A model generated the notes under the pieces. It was not told the DNA's origin and searched no databases. It saw nothing but the letters and a program-made list of their open reading frames with translations. Source: the human T2T-CHM13v2.0 reference genome, Homo sapiens. From it: a stretch of 64,000 nt of DNA. How positions within the stretch are numbered: the first letter of the stretch is position 1; every line of letters begins with the position of its first letter. The position numbers and the translations under genes are program-made. The stretch lies in assembly GCF_009914755.1 (NCBI RefSeq), contig NC_060926.1; one strand, written 5' to 3'. Below, piece after piece: positions 13,941-29,322 of this stretch.

Positions 13941-14682
13941 TTTTTCGTTCATTGCTCTTTCCATGATTTATAGTTATGTATTTGTATGATTATTTGATAA
14001 ATATGTTTTCCTGACAAAATGGTAAACCCCATGTAGAACACACTGTGTTTGTTTTGCTCATATGTGACCCCACTGCTTCTTATTCCTCAGAAGGTGATCA
14101 TAGGTTTAATAGCATACAGGTTTGCAGATTGTGTTTGCCAGAAGTTCATTCATTCAACACATTTAGAGTTTCTACTATGTGCCAGGCACTGCCCTAGTTA
14201 CTGGGGAAGCAGCAGTGAATAATGTGAGCAAAACTCGCTGCTCCCTATAGCTTACATTCTAATGCGGGAGACTAGGTTGGGAACAAATAAGTAAGTAAAC
14301 TAGATAGAGGTTTGATGATTATGAATATCAAGGAGAAAAAGAAAGCAAGAAAGGAGATAAGGGTCTGAGGGTTGCAGTTTTTAGAAGAATGATGGGGTGG
14401 AGCGGGCCTCAAGGAAGGTGTTATATCTGAAAAGCCAGGAGGGAGGTGAGGGAGCCAGCCATGCAGATGACTGGGAGAGGGGGCTATTTTTAGAAGGAAC
14501 AGAAACTGCAAAAGTCTCGAAGCTGGAGAGTGCTGAGCATGTGTGAAAGAAAAGAAGGAGGTCTGTGTGGCTGGATTAGTGTGGGCCAGGGACAGAGAAT
14601 AAGCAACAGGATCAGGAGGGGCAAGTGGTGGGGCCTTGTAGGCTACTGGGGCTTTTACTCTGAATGTGATGGGTGTCAAGAA

Positions 14683-15135
14683 CTGCACAGAGCCTGGATC
14701 TTTACCTTCCTTGTAAGCTAAGAAGTATGCCTGTTACTTCATGGATGCAAACAGAAGACATGAGACTCCTGGGCCAGAGACAGATGGCACAACAGTAGCC
14801 AGAGTTCATAATGGTTTGTGTACAGCTATCCATTCCCTGCTAAGTTGCACAGAGGCAGCACAAGGCCCCATCATGGGTGTCTGCACACACAATGGATTGT
14901 GTTACAGAAGAAGAACTCAGAGCCAAGAGCCAAGCACTTTCTGGGTGAGCAGCAAACTTTATATGAAACAGCCAACAAGCCAGTCTCCCTTCCTCCAGGA
15001 AACTTAATGGCCTACAGGGCCAGCTAGAGAAATTGCTCACTCTCAGAGGACAGAGTAGGATTGCAGTTTGGCACACTAAGCAGGAACAGGCAGGGATAAT
15101 TAGGAACCCATGTGGACGGCCTCTTCCAAAGTGGG
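14683..15135 (-). mobile_element. ERVL LTR (LTR40-like)
   Basis: Reverse complement contains CTCTGGCCCAGGAGTCTCATGTCTTCTG...CATCCATGAA...TTAGCTTACAAG, also seen in the LTR at 48943-49443. Confidence 0.55.
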
Positions 15136-15468
15136 GTGCTTTCAGGGATTTTGAGCAGAAGAGTATCATGATTAGACTTATATTTTAACAGGCTTACTCT
15201 GACTGCTATATTGAGAATACAAGAAAGAAGTTCAAAGGCAAAAACAGGAAGTAAATTTAGGAGGCTGTTAAAATAACCCAGGTGAGAGATATAATGATAG
15301 CCTGGATTAGATGGTAGCTGTGGAGATGGTGAGAAGGACAAGCGTGGACCTACCTGGAGGAGGAGCTGGCAGGATGTGTTGATGGATTCAACACGGGTGC
15401 AGGAGAAACAGAGGAGTCAAAGTCGACTCCATAGCTTTTAGACCAGGGAAATGAAATAATAAGGTTAC

Positions 15469-16152
<684 letters not shown>

Positions 16153-16334
16153 GTTACCATTTAGGACAGTGAGGAAATCTCTAGGACTAGTTTTGGTAAA
16201 GCAAAAGTGATCAGGAGCTCACTCTTAGGCATGTTAAGATTAGATGCTTCCGTGTAGAAATGTTGATAAGGAAGTTCAGCAGATAGATCCAGTCCAGAGA
16301 TACAAATTTGAATGTCTGAGTATATAGATGATGC

Positions 16335-17030
16335 CTTAAGTCTGGTTCCTTAGAAGCAGAGCCCAAGACAGGGGTTCTTGTGTAAATGGTTTACTCAGGG
16401 ATTGGGTGAATGATTTATTACAGCCCCTAGATGAGATCTGTAAGAAAGCAAGGGAAGTAGGATAGGATGGGGGAAGAAGCTAGGCAAAGATGTCAGTTTG
16501 GCCAGGCACCGTGGCTCATGCCTGTAATCCCAGCACTTTGGGAGGTCGAGGCGGGTGGATCACCTGAGGTCGGGAGTTCGAGACCAACCCGGCCAACGTG
16601 GTGAAACCCTGTCTCTACTAAAAATACAAAAATTAGCTGGGCATGGTGATGTGTGCCTATAATCCCAGCTACTTGGGAGGCTGAGGCGGGAGAATCGCTT
16701 GAACCAGGGAGTCAGAGGTTGCAGTGAGCCGAGATCGCGCCATTGTATTCAAGCCTGGGTGACAAGAGCGAAACTCTGTCTCAACAACAACGAAACTCTG
16801 TCTCAACAACAACAAAAAGATGTGGGTTCAGCTGACATCTGGCCTCAGCCTGATCCCGCTGGGGAGCTCTGGGAGTAAATGGTACCAGAGTGTGCCACTG
16901 TGAGGCACTGGAATGACCATTTGTACCCCTTTACCCCCACCTCCCCATATCAGCCAGGAAGTGACCTGGGTAGGATGACAGCAGCTCTTACTATGGACTG
17001 TGTTCAAAGCCATGATTACCAACGAGCTCC
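16335..17030 (-). mobile_element. ERVL LTR (LTR16-like) split by an Alu
   Basis: CTTAAGTCTGGTTCCTTAGAAGCAGAGCCCAAGACAGGGG...; resumes after the Alu with CTCAGCCTGATCCC...GGGAGCTCTGG. Confidence 0.55.
16500..16818 (+). mobile_element. Alu (AluSp/Sq-like) with duplicated 3' end
   Basis: GGCCAGGCACCGTGGCTCATGCC...; imperfect TSD AAAGATGTCAGTT / AAAGATGTGGGTT. Confidence 0.95.
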
Positions 17031-17179
17031 TCCATGGCAGGGGTGTAGACAGAAAAAGGGAAACTGGGCCAAGAATAGGCCCCAGAGCACTTTTCCTATT
17101 GTCGTTAAGGAAGGTGAGGAGAAACCAGAAAAAGAACTTAAGTTAAATTGAATATAAAACATCATAATAAAAAGAAAAA

Positions 17180-17555
17180 TTGTTGACTATCAGTTATGAC
17201 ACAATGCATTAACAATATTCCTTCCTAATCCATGAATTGATCCTCAACAAACCTCTTGTCCCTTCGAAGTCTCCTTTGTCCACTGGAGGGATTTGGTTAC
17301 TTCTTCCGGCTTCAGTGCACTGCTGAATGTGTGCTCAGCTTTTCTCCTTCACGGGTCACAGTCACATGATGTAACCCAGCTTCATCCATTCCAGGCAATT
17401 GTTCTTCTCAGAGCCTATAGAGAATTTGGATGTTGCTTTCCAAACTAACTGGAAATGTGCACATTTCCTTATGGTGAATGTTTGCTTCACTAACATTAAA
17501 TCTTCACTCAGCTCCTCGTTGTCATGCTGTCCTGTATACCCAATATCTTTTTGTT
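17180..17555 (-). mobile_element. Degraded Tc2/pogo-type (Kanga-like) DNA transposon, transposase N-terminal DNA-binding region
   Basis: Manual minus-strand translation across frameshifts: KQKDIGYTGQHDN / GAE*RFNVSEANIHHK / WKATSKFSIGSEK / LPGMDEAGLHHVTVTREG / LKPEEVTKSL / VDKGDFEGTRGL / DQFMD*EGILL. This is colinear with a Brinker-type DBD plus CENP-B-type HTH of pogo/Tc2 transposases. Confidence 0.7.
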
Positions 17556-18119
17556 TTTTTTTTGTTTGTTTTTTTTTGTTTGTTTTAAAACCAAATCAGA
17601 ATGTAACTTTTTAAAGACATTTGAAATGTATTTAAATCCAACAAGTATAGTATCAACATGCATATACTTTCCATTCGTGCCACAACAATACGAGCAAATC
17701 CACAACCTTACAAATGCCCAGAGAAACCCACTGCAGAAGGGGCAGGTGGAGGGCTGAGCCTAAAACAAGCAGACCACTCAAAGGTCTCTAATAGAGAATA
17801 GTCTGTTGCCCACCCAGGTCCCTGCACCACCACCTCAAGATGAATGTCTAACCATCAGCAATGCAGCTTCCAAGCCAAATAGAGGAAAAATGAAAGCGCC
17901 ACATGAATTTTTTCTAAATAAATTAAAATTACTTTTTGGGGAAAACTAGTATAGTTTCTAGTGAGGAACTAGCACTCAAGTTAAATTGAATTAAATTAAA
18001 TTAAATTTCTGCATCCTGGGCTTCGTGCCCCAGCCTGCTCACCCAAGGAATGCCTACTGGTCAGGAAGCCTTGTGCTCCTCCCCCAGGACTCCCACTAGC
18101 CTTCATATTGGATATTCTT

Positions 18120-19295
18120 TTTTTTTTAGTTTCATTTCATTTTTGGTTGACAAATAATAATTGTATATTCTCATAGGGTACAAAGTGATATTTTAATACA
18201 TTTATACACTGTACAATGATCAAATTAAAGTAGTTAACATGTCTATCACATCAAATACTTATTATTTCTTTGTAGTGGAAATATTTTAAATCCACTCTTT
18301 TAGCAATTTTGAAATATAAAATGCATTATTATTAGCTATAGTCAACTTGCTATGCAATAGAACACCAGAACTTTTTCTTTCTCTCTAACTAATTTAGTGC
18401 CCATTGGCCAACATCCTTCCTTTCCCCATCACCACTCCCCGCCCCAGCCTCCAGTACTCTAGTAACCACCATTCTACCCTCTACTTCTGTGAATTTGACT
18501 TCTTAAAATATTTTGTATACAAGGAAAATCACAGGGTATCTTCTGTGTGCTTGGCTTATTTCACCTAACATAATGGCCTCTAGGTTCATTGGTGTTGTTA
18601 TGAATGACAGGTTTTCATTCTTTTTCTGACTGAATAGTATTCCATTGTGTATGTATACCACATTTTTAATCTGTTCATTGGTTGATGGATACTTAGGTTG
18701 TTTCCATAACTTGGCTGTTGTGCGTAATGCTGCAATAAACATAAGAGTGCAGATATTCCTGACATAGTGATTAAACCTCCTTTGTGTGCATGACTAGCAG
18801 TGAAATTGCTGGATCATACAGTAGTTCTGTTCATAGATTTTTGAGGAAAGTTCATCCTATTTTCCAAAATGGCTGTACAAATTTACAATACCACCAACAG
18901 TGTATAAGGGTTCCCTTTTCTTTACATCCTTACCAACATTTGTTATCTTGGATCTTTCTGATAATAGTCAATCTAATGGGTGTGAGTTGATGCTTCATTA
19001 TGGTTTTAATTTGCATTTCTCTGATGATTAGAGATGTCAAGCGTTTTTTCATATATATGTTGGCCATTTTTATGTCTTCTTTTGAAAAATGTCTATTCAA
19101 GTCCTTTGACCATTTTTAAATAGAGTTATTTGATTTCCTATTATTGAATAGTTTGAACTTCTTGTATGTTTTGGATATTAAATCTTTGATGCATAATTTG
19201 TAAATATTTTTTCCCATTTCATAGTTTGTCTCTTCACTCTATTAATTGTTTCCTTTGCTGTGCAGAAGCTTTTCAGTTTGATGCAATCCTATTTT
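18120..19295 (-). mobile_element. L1MA-type 3' end
   Basis: T-rich tail, TTGACAAATAATAATTGTATATT 3'UTR, ORF2 C-terminal fragment MFIAAL..AKLWKQPK. Confidence 0.85.
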
Positions 19296-19299
19296 TGGT

Positions 19300-19860
19300 C
19301 TGCAAAATGAAAGAGAAAAATGGAGAACCAACAAGACTTAAAGAAACTATTACTGAGTAATATAAAAGACATTGTATCCATTCAGTAAGAACTGGATGCT
19401 ATGGAACGAAGGCACGGGAAAGGGTTCTTGGAACTTAAAAACACAATGGGCTAAGTAACAAAATTCAGTAGGAGACCGCAAGGAAAATTAAAGAAATCTC
19501 CCAGATCAAAAATAAGGAGGTACAAAATTTGAGAGGACAGAGAAGACATAGAGACTACAGTCAAGACTGGAGATCAAACATCTAATAGGATTTCTAAAAA
19601 GTAACAACAAACAGGAGGGAAACAATTTTTTTTCCTCCAAAGAAATAATATAAAAATTTCTATACAGTTGAAGGTAACCCTATTTCTTAAATGGAAAAAA
19701 ACTTACTGAGTACCAAATCCAACAAAGGCAAAAAGCTGTTGACATAGACACATCATTGTGGAACTTCAAAATATTAAGATAAAGGCTTTTAGAGAAAAAC
19801 AAGTCAACTGAGAATCACATTGGCATGAGATTTTTCATCAAGACATCACATGCTAAAAAT
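19300..19860 (+). mobile_element. Very old L1 ORF1-region remnant
   Basis: A-rich; AGACACATCATTGTGGAACTTCAAAA...GAATCACATTGGCATGAGATTTTTCATCA resembles L1M ORF1. Confidence 0.5.
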
Positions 19861-20889
19861 AGAAGACACTTCTTTTTTATTTCCAAATTTTCCTGGTGTT
19901 GTCCATTGTTTTTACTGTTGCTTCTGAACTCTTAGGAAGAAAAATAATGTATTTACAAATTCTAGGGCTGTTTTGTTTTTATTAGGTAAGTGATTATGAG
20001 TAGGTGTGGATTGTAGGTCTTCTCGTCAGAAATAAACTTCTTTGTAGAGACAACATTCTTTAAGACATGCTTGACTTGGTTTCTTCTGTTATCACAGGGG
20101 TTCATCCTGGCTGGGGTTCAGAATGCTTGGTGGCTGGACAGGGCAGAGGTGCAGATCCACTCCCCATCTCCAAGATATGGAGCCCAGTGGTCTGAAGAGA
20201 GCACCCAAGGGAAAAGATCAAACTCCAGCCTAGAACTGCCAAACCAAAATGGGGCTTCACAGAAGCAAAACTTAGCTTCAAAAGTGAAGTTCCTAGAACC
20301 GGGTTCAGTGGGAAGATAAGTTGATTCTAGGGGGAAAACAGGAAGCAGAACTAGATAAATTCTCTAAGGGGAGATATTCAGACAGGTTTCCTTTGATAAG
20401 ACCCTGTACATTCAAAGGAGAATGGAAGGCCACTTAAAAGATATTGGATTGGTTCTAAATATCCACCCACAACACAAATGGAAACATTTTATGAGAACAG
20501 CAAAAACAATTAACTGAGACTGCTGGAGAGTAAAGCCCAAATGCAGTGAACTATATAATCCAACTATAATTATATGCAGTAAACATAAATGATTGACAGC
20601 GAGATTCTCATAGCAATTTCTAAGTCTTTCATACTAAAGACCTAGTGAAACCTTTCGCAGACAATAATTGCTCTTCCGCTTTGGTGCAAATTTCTTTTAT
20701 TATTGTGCAATCCAGTTTTCTTCTGTGTGTTCCAGGCTGTTCAGTCCCAGGATGAGCACATCTTTATATGAGGGTTTATATTAATGTCTTGCCAAAATTA
20801 TATATATTTGAAATTCACTTGTATGGATCATTTTCACGGGAACTATGAAAGAAGTCTGCTTTTTCCAACTAGCTTTGTAATATCTACTA

Positions 20890-21090
20890 GTACTGGTCCT
20901 GCCATTTAAAAAATGCAACTCAACTTCTAAGCCTCTTTGCTCATTTGTAAAACAATTATAATAGGACCTACTACAACCTTCCTCATAGAGACAGGGATAT
21001 TATAAAGATTAAATGAGATAAAACATGTAAAATGCTGAGCACAGTATTTAGAACATAACAATCCTAAATGATGTTAGTCATTAGTGCTAT
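20890..21090 (+). mobile_element. MIR
   Basis: Core CTAAGCCTC...CTCATTTGTAAAA...AAGATTAAATGAGATAA...AAAATGCTGAGCACAG. Confidence 0.65.
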
Positions 21091-21928
21091 CATCATTACT
21101 GTCATCATTCTTATTAAATCTGATTATCAAAAATGCTAGTGAAAAGGCACTGTAATATTTCCAATTTTACAAAGGTCCTGATAACTTTAAGAAGTAACTA
21201 GGAAAATCTAGCTGTGTGTTCTATATTTAGAACGTTGTCATAGCTCACACAATTATTTCTAATTTGTTTTACTGCTAATTTAGGCAGTTTTCTATGGACT
21301 GAAACTACTCATCAATAATTTAAAATCTTTTATGGCACAAAGGAAATTGTTGTTTTAAGTAATATTTGTGAAAAATTTATGTGAGGTTAAAACAATGTAC
21401 CCATTTTGGAACTGGGATACCTACTGTGTCTTCTGAGTCGAAGTCACCAGGGTGACTGGGAGGCCTTCATGCTGACCCAGTTTTGGTTGTCAGGTTTCAA
21501 GTACAATTGAATGCCATTAAAAAGTGTTATTGTATTGACTTACCCTCGACACACCCAAAGGGCCTTCTGGTTCATTCAGGCTAACTAGAAAAGCCAAGAA
21601 AAAAAAATTAACTCCATACGATTGTGCCAGTTCAAAGCTGCTCAGGGAAGTGACCCGACAGATGTGATGCCCGAGACAAAAGCTCTTGAATTAACATTTA
21701 TATGCATTTCAACTTCCATTCCCAGATATCAAGGCAAATTAAAGACACTTAGCAGAATACTTTCAGGGCAATGGGATTGGAGAACTATAGGTCTCAACTA
21801 CTGAAGGACATCAGAAACTGCTTTGAAAAAAATTGGTTTGCCAATACAGAGTAATTTTCTTTGGTTTGGGGTGACTCATTTATTTGTGTCTTAATTCACA
21901 GTGTTTCAACCTGAGCTTCAGAAATTAC

Positions 21929-22401
21929 TGTAACCAAACCCAGGTTCGGGTGCTTGCTACTTGAAAGCCAAATACGAGAGATGAAGTTGGTGGGAGGAAA
22001 AGCAAGAAGATGGTGAACTAGCATTCTAAAGTACCACCTTCAAATTTCCAGGCTGGCCGCAGGATTTTTGTGGGAGAAGGATATAGGGAAGAGGAGGGTG
22101 TTTGTATCAAGAGGTGACAGAGGTCTGTAGACATCTGGGCTCCAGTGACAGATGGAGGAGATGGGGAACCACTTTGTCCGTGGTCGGGTCACAATGCTCC
22201 TACAAATCTTTAACAAGACATAGTAGTTGTTTGCATTCTTTCCTTAATCCCAGACTTAGTTTAAAAACCACATGATTGCTGTTTTCTGCATGTAATCTTA
22301 GTGCTCTAAAATTATTCTAACCTATGTGCGGGAATGGGTAAAGCCCTCTTAAACAAAAATGGAGTCAGTCATGTTAGTTGTTTTACTGTTGCACTGTTAC
22401 A
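21929..22401 (-). mobile_element. ERV1-type solo LTR
   Basis: TGTAAC...GTTACA termini with 4-bp TSD TTAC (21925-21928, 22402-22405); AAAATGGAGTCAG motif. Confidence 0.75.
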
Positions 22402-22457
22402 TTACTATCTGGGTGACTTTAAGCAAGAACATTTGGGGTCATGACAATTTTTCAACC

Positions 22458-24170
<1,713 letters not shown>

Positions 24171-24179
24171 GAATTTTCA

Positions 24180-25440
24180 AATATATTTAAAAGTATTACA
24201 GCTACCTAATCATAACATCATTATATCAAAAAACCTAGCAATAATTCCTGAATATCATCCTATATTCAGTATTTTCACATTTCCCTAATTGGATATTTAA
24301 TTTTTTAACGTTTATTAAATTGAGAACTAAATGAAGCCCACCTTTTGATCATCACTCTTAAATTCCTCTACATCATTTTTTTCTGTTGAAGAAACTGGGT
24401 GGTAGGGTGTAGGTTTTCTCACAGTCTGGATTTTGTTTATTTTATCCCCATGGAATTTTAAGCACGTTCCTCTGTTCCCTGCTCCTATAGGTTGATAGAT
24501 AGACATTTGATCAGACTTAGTCTTGATTTTGTTCTTTTTCTTGACCATGCTACTTTGCAATGGTGTCCTTCCATCGAGAGGCAGGTAATACCTAATTGTC
24601 TCTTTTTTTGGTGATGCTTATCAACCATTGAAATTATTTGCCTAGATCCTTTAATTCATTAGTAGTTAGTATTGCAAATGGATAGTCTATCTCACCTCAG
24701 TTATTTACTCATGAGATAATTCCAGAAAGATACTTTTCTTTCATTAACTATTTGGACACTCAGATAAACAGATTTTATAGGGAAGGCCTGATAATTGCTC
24801 CATTTCTTCTCCCTAATTTTTAAAAAATCAGTCCTAAAAAAATTAATTGGTTCTCTGCATGTATCCAAGGTTGATTAATGAGCTGAATTTTTCTTTTTTT
24901 AGTATGATTATAAACTCTCCTGTATTAAATCATATGTAATGTCTTTCAATCCATTGCAAGTATTACCTTTTTTAATATTCAAATTGCTTCATTTTCGGCC
25001 AGTGGGAGCCTATTCAAGTTAGTTCCTCAGTCTTTTTGATAAGGCACTAGTAGTCTTGACAGGTTCCTTGCTTTCGGGCATGAAGAAATCTTCCAGGCTT
25101 TTCTTGTACATTGGAACCAGGCATTTCTCAAGGAGCCCTACTTTCCATTGCAAGAAATGGTATTTGAAGTTTGCAATCCAAGATGTAATCACTACTGGGT
25201 TTGTCTTCGTTTTTAGGCTTGTTCAGTGTATACAAGTAGGAAATATGTACGTATGTATATAGTTTCACACACACATACTCATACACACACACACACATAT
25301 ATATATTTAAAGGTAAGTAGGAAGTTCAGTCTGATATTTTCAATTCTAACTGTGGGTTTTTACTTATTATCTGTACAACTCATAAATAACATATATACAT
25401 TTTTTTTAACACATTTTATCCAAAGAACATTCAAAAACTC
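24180..25440 (-). mobile_element. Old L1 3' region (L1MC-type)
   Basis: TGTTGAAGAAACTGGG...CACAGTCTGGATTTTG, GGCCAGTGGGAGCCTATTCAAG motifs. Confidence 0.6.
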
Positions 25441-25609
25441 TTGGTGATAAGTGGCTAAGAAAGTAGTGCCTATTCTGGCCTTTTGTGTGCGTATGTGTTG
25501 GGGTGATTGCTTTGATTCCTTTGATCTTTTTTTCTGTGTTGCAGCCCCTCCTGGCTGGGATGGAGATGTAGATGCTGAGGAGAGGAATGCAGAAGGAACT
25601 CAAGTTTAT

Positions 25610-26620
25610 TTATGTTAAATGTTACTTTGTAAAATCTAGCCTCCCACCTTGGAGAATGACTGATTCTAGGACTGGAGCAAGAAATATATAAGCCTGGAGC
25701 ATCTTTTAGTGCCAGAAAAGAAGGAAATGCTGGAAAAAAAAAAAAAAAGGGGGAGGAAGGCGCAGGAGAGATGGGTGTATGTCAAAGGGACTCAGGAGCC
25801 AACTGTAAGAACTTCCAGTGGCCAATGCTGAAATTTGAGCAACAAAATAAAGCAGCACCAAACTACAACGCAAATTATAAATATCTGTGAGTTCGTACTA
25901 ATATAAATCAATTATTTGCTAAATAACTGAATGGGAGAGAAGAGCCAAATCTCCCATGCAGAGGAATTCCAGTAATTCATGCAGATACTCTGCCCTCAAA
26001 CAGGTGTAACACAACCACAACTCCCACCCTTAAGTGTGGGCTGCACAGGGTGACTTCCTTCTGAAAAACTATCTCAGTCAGACAATCAAGGTCAGCAGCA
26101 ACTGTGTTATGATGCTGGCAGAGTGTACCTTGATACAATGTGATGAAAAGGATACTTTGCTTCTGTGGTTTTTCTCCCAAAAACCTGTAATGGTCTAATC
26201 ACACAAAAGAATCAGACAAGTCCCAATTTACAAAATCTCCTCAGAACTGCCAAGGTCATCAGAGCAAGGAGACTCTGAGAGACTGTCACAGTCTAGAGGG
26301 GCCTAGTGAGGCATGACTATTAAATGTCACATGTTCTCCTGCACAGGGTACTGGAAGAGAGACAGGATATTGGGTAAAAATGAAGGAAATCAGAATAAAT
26401 TATGGAGCTTAGTTAATAATAATGTGTCATGTTGATTAATTGAAGTAAATGTACCATACTAATGTGAAGTCTTAATCATAGAGAAAATTAAGTGTGGGAT
26501 ACATGAGTATCTCTGCACTATCTTTATAATTTTTCTACAAATCTGTAACTTAAAAACTGAAGTTTCTAATGAAGTTACTTTATTTCTAAAAAAAAAAAAA
26601 AAAGATTTATTAAAAAAATT
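25610..26620 (+). mobile_element. Old L1 3' end (L1MC-type) with polyA
   Basis: GACTGATTCTAGGACTGGAGCAAGAAATATATAAG...TGTACCATACTAATGT...polyA at 26588-26618. Confidence 0.7.
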
Positions 26621-27079
26621 CAGCTCCCCATTTCAGTGTAAACAGATTTTTTTTATTCTCAGTCTCCCCACATTTTAGATATCTCTGCTGTTCCTGGGTC
26701 ATTGGTCAGTTTGATCACTAGAAAGGCAGCCTGACAGGAACTGACAGGAAATCCCCTTTGTTTTATTGTATATAGTAAAACTCTTTTATTATATGTAATA
26801 AAACTACTGAGAGCTGCTTTTCAGGATGTGCAAAAGACCCTCAAGTTCCAACTAGTCTTAGAGAAACTGCTTGACGTGGTGCCAATTTAGCTGGTCACTA
26901 ATTGGCCCAGTTTGTTCTCTCTGTTTGCATAGGCTAACTTAACAGTAGCATTTCTTTGAATAAATTTTAAGCCTCACCATGGAATAAAGAATGAAAACAA
27001 GGCTTCTGTCAATGTAGGAGTAAATTTTATCAGTTGATGAAACTATTTACTGTTAGAAAATTGGTATATAGGAAAACAA

Positions 27080-27575
27080 TGTGTTATGTTGGAGTCTGAG
27101 TTGCCAGGTCAACAGAAAACAAAACAAAACAAAAAAAAAACCAACCTCCACTCCAAAAGTTTAACTAAAGAGAGAGGTATGAGCCAGGGTCAAGACATCT
27201 AGAAAGGGTGAGGAGAGGCTCTACCAGCAGGAAGCTCTTCCCACCCCAGTGTCTGAAGGGCAGCTGACAAGAGAATCTCACTGGATTTATGGAGGAGAGA
27301 CTACCTAAGGGGAGCAGTAAAAATGAGAGTGCAGCTCTGCCCAGATGGCCATGTGAAGTTGGAGTGGGGTGAGTAAGGAGAATTGCACTCCTAGCCTCCC
27401 TCCCCTTCTGCTCACCGACCTCCTGTTGGTCCCTGCTATTTGCCAAATCTAGCCGAAGCCCAAGGGTAAGGACACCGTAGTGATGGCCACTCCAGCACTC
27501 AGCCTCCTGGGGGTAGTGAGCAGAACAAAGGGGAGAGGATGGATGCAGAGGACAGGTGGAGAATGAGCAGAACTA
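27080..27575 (-). mobile_element. ERVL LTR (LTR33-like)
   Basis: TATTTGCCAAATCTAGCCGAAGCCCAAGGGTAAGG...CAGCCTCCTGGGG...GGAGAATGAGCAG. Confidence 0.55.
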
Positions 27576-28607
27576 TTAGAAACCTCAGGTGCACGTGGGA
27601 TTTTTAACAAGGTCTGTGTTTCCCAGCTCTGTCTTTACTAAACACGGTGCCAAAGTAATAGGAGGGTGCTTCCCATCACCTGCTCCTCCAGCGCCCAGAC
27701 TTCAGTGTCTAGTCTGTTCCCCACAAAAGGAACCAAGAATCATTGTAGGGTGGCTGATTCCATACCTGTAGCAGGGTAAAATCAGGAAAATTTAGTGGCC
27801 AAAAAGCAAAGGGCTGTGCTGAAAGAACAAAGAGAACAACTTAAAGACAACTTAAAGAGACACCCACTGGCCAAGTTGTAATCATTTGAGCCTCAAATAG
27901 AATTATGTTGTAATCTGTTTTATCAAATATAATTATATATAATATATTTTATTAGTCTTTAATATATTTATGTTTTATATAATATAAATATCAAATGTGA
28001 TTATGGCTATAATCATTTGGGTCTCAAATATAAATACAGTTACGATGAATGAGGATAAAGTGTCCTTAAAGCCATGAATTGATGAAGATACCCCAAAGAG
28101 AAAAGTCAATAAGAAAAACACAGACAGGTAATTGTAACACAAAAGAAGGATGAAAATAGTGAAATGGCTTTCATTACTTTATAGATTTTTAATAAGTAGG
28201 TGACGTCAAAATATGTAGATATTTCTTCTATTGTAAGTCTAGTTTTAAAGAGCAAATATACACTTGCTTCTATCCACGTACATAAGAATACACCAAAATA
28301 ACTGTAAACAAACCAGAGGATCCCAGAAAAGGTAGATACTGAAACCTCAAGCAGTAAGTTGTGGTCACCTACAAATAGAGATTGGCCACATATTCCAAAG
28401 GGAAGAATTACTTAAATGTCCTAAAGAGGAAAACTAATTATGTAGACTCAGTCCTTCTTCCAGGAAATATTTATATGGCTGTACTAGTTATAATTTAGTA
28501 TGTGTTTAATAATGTGTACAGACTATACTTAGCAATACATCCCAAAGCATGGACTCTGAACGATGTAATGCAGGCCAAGTCATATTTTAAAATTACTGCT
28601 TGGAGGC

Positions 28608-29052
28608 ATATTACCTTACTGTGGCTGCTGTAACAAATTTACAACAAACTCAGTGGTACAAAACAACATAAATTCATTCTCTATAGTTCTTGAGGCCAAA
28701 AGTCTGAAATCCAGGTGTCAGTGGGGCCTCGTTGCCTTTGAAGTCTCTGGGGAAGTTTCCAAATCCACTTCTGGCCGCTGCTGGCGATCCTTGTCTGTGG
28801 CTGCGTCGCTCCAACCTCTGCCTCTCTGGCATGGTCACACTGCCTCTTTCTCTCTCTTTTTTTTTTTTTGGTCAAATCTCCTCCGAGTGTTTCTTGTGGC
28901 ATTTAGGGCCCACCTGTAAAACCCAGGATTATCTTTTCATCTCAAGATCCTTAACTTAGTTACATCTGGCAAGACTCCTTTCCCAAATAAGTTCATATTC
29001 ACAGGTTCCAGGGACATATCTTTTGGGGGGACCACTATTCTATCCATGACAG
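28608..29052 (-). mobile_element. MLT1 solo LTR
   Basis: GGCTGCTGTAACAAAT...AGTTCTTGAGGCCAAAAGTCTGAAATCCAGGTGTC...CAAGATCCTTAACTTA...CCAAATAAG. Confidence 0.8.
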
Positions 29053-29179
29053 TGGGGAGTATGACTAATACTGGTTAAAACAAAACACAAAACCTAAAAC
29101 CTAAGTACAAGGTCTAGAATTTAAAAGTCTTATTGAACAGCACCTCCCATTTCCCCTGCTATTCAACAAATGTAACATT

Positions 29180-29322
29180 TGAGCTATGCAAGACGGATGA
29201 ATAAGGTCGAGAGATCTGCTGTAGAACACTGTGTGCCTATAGCTAATAATACTGTATTATGCACTTGGAAATTTTGTAAGTGGGTAGATTGCATACTAAA
29301 TATTCTTATCACAATAAAAGAA
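29180..29322 (+). mobile_element. L1M 3' terminal fragment
   Basis: GAATAAGGTCGAGAGATCTGCTGTA...AATAATACTGTATT...TCACAATAAAA. Confidence 0.65.
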
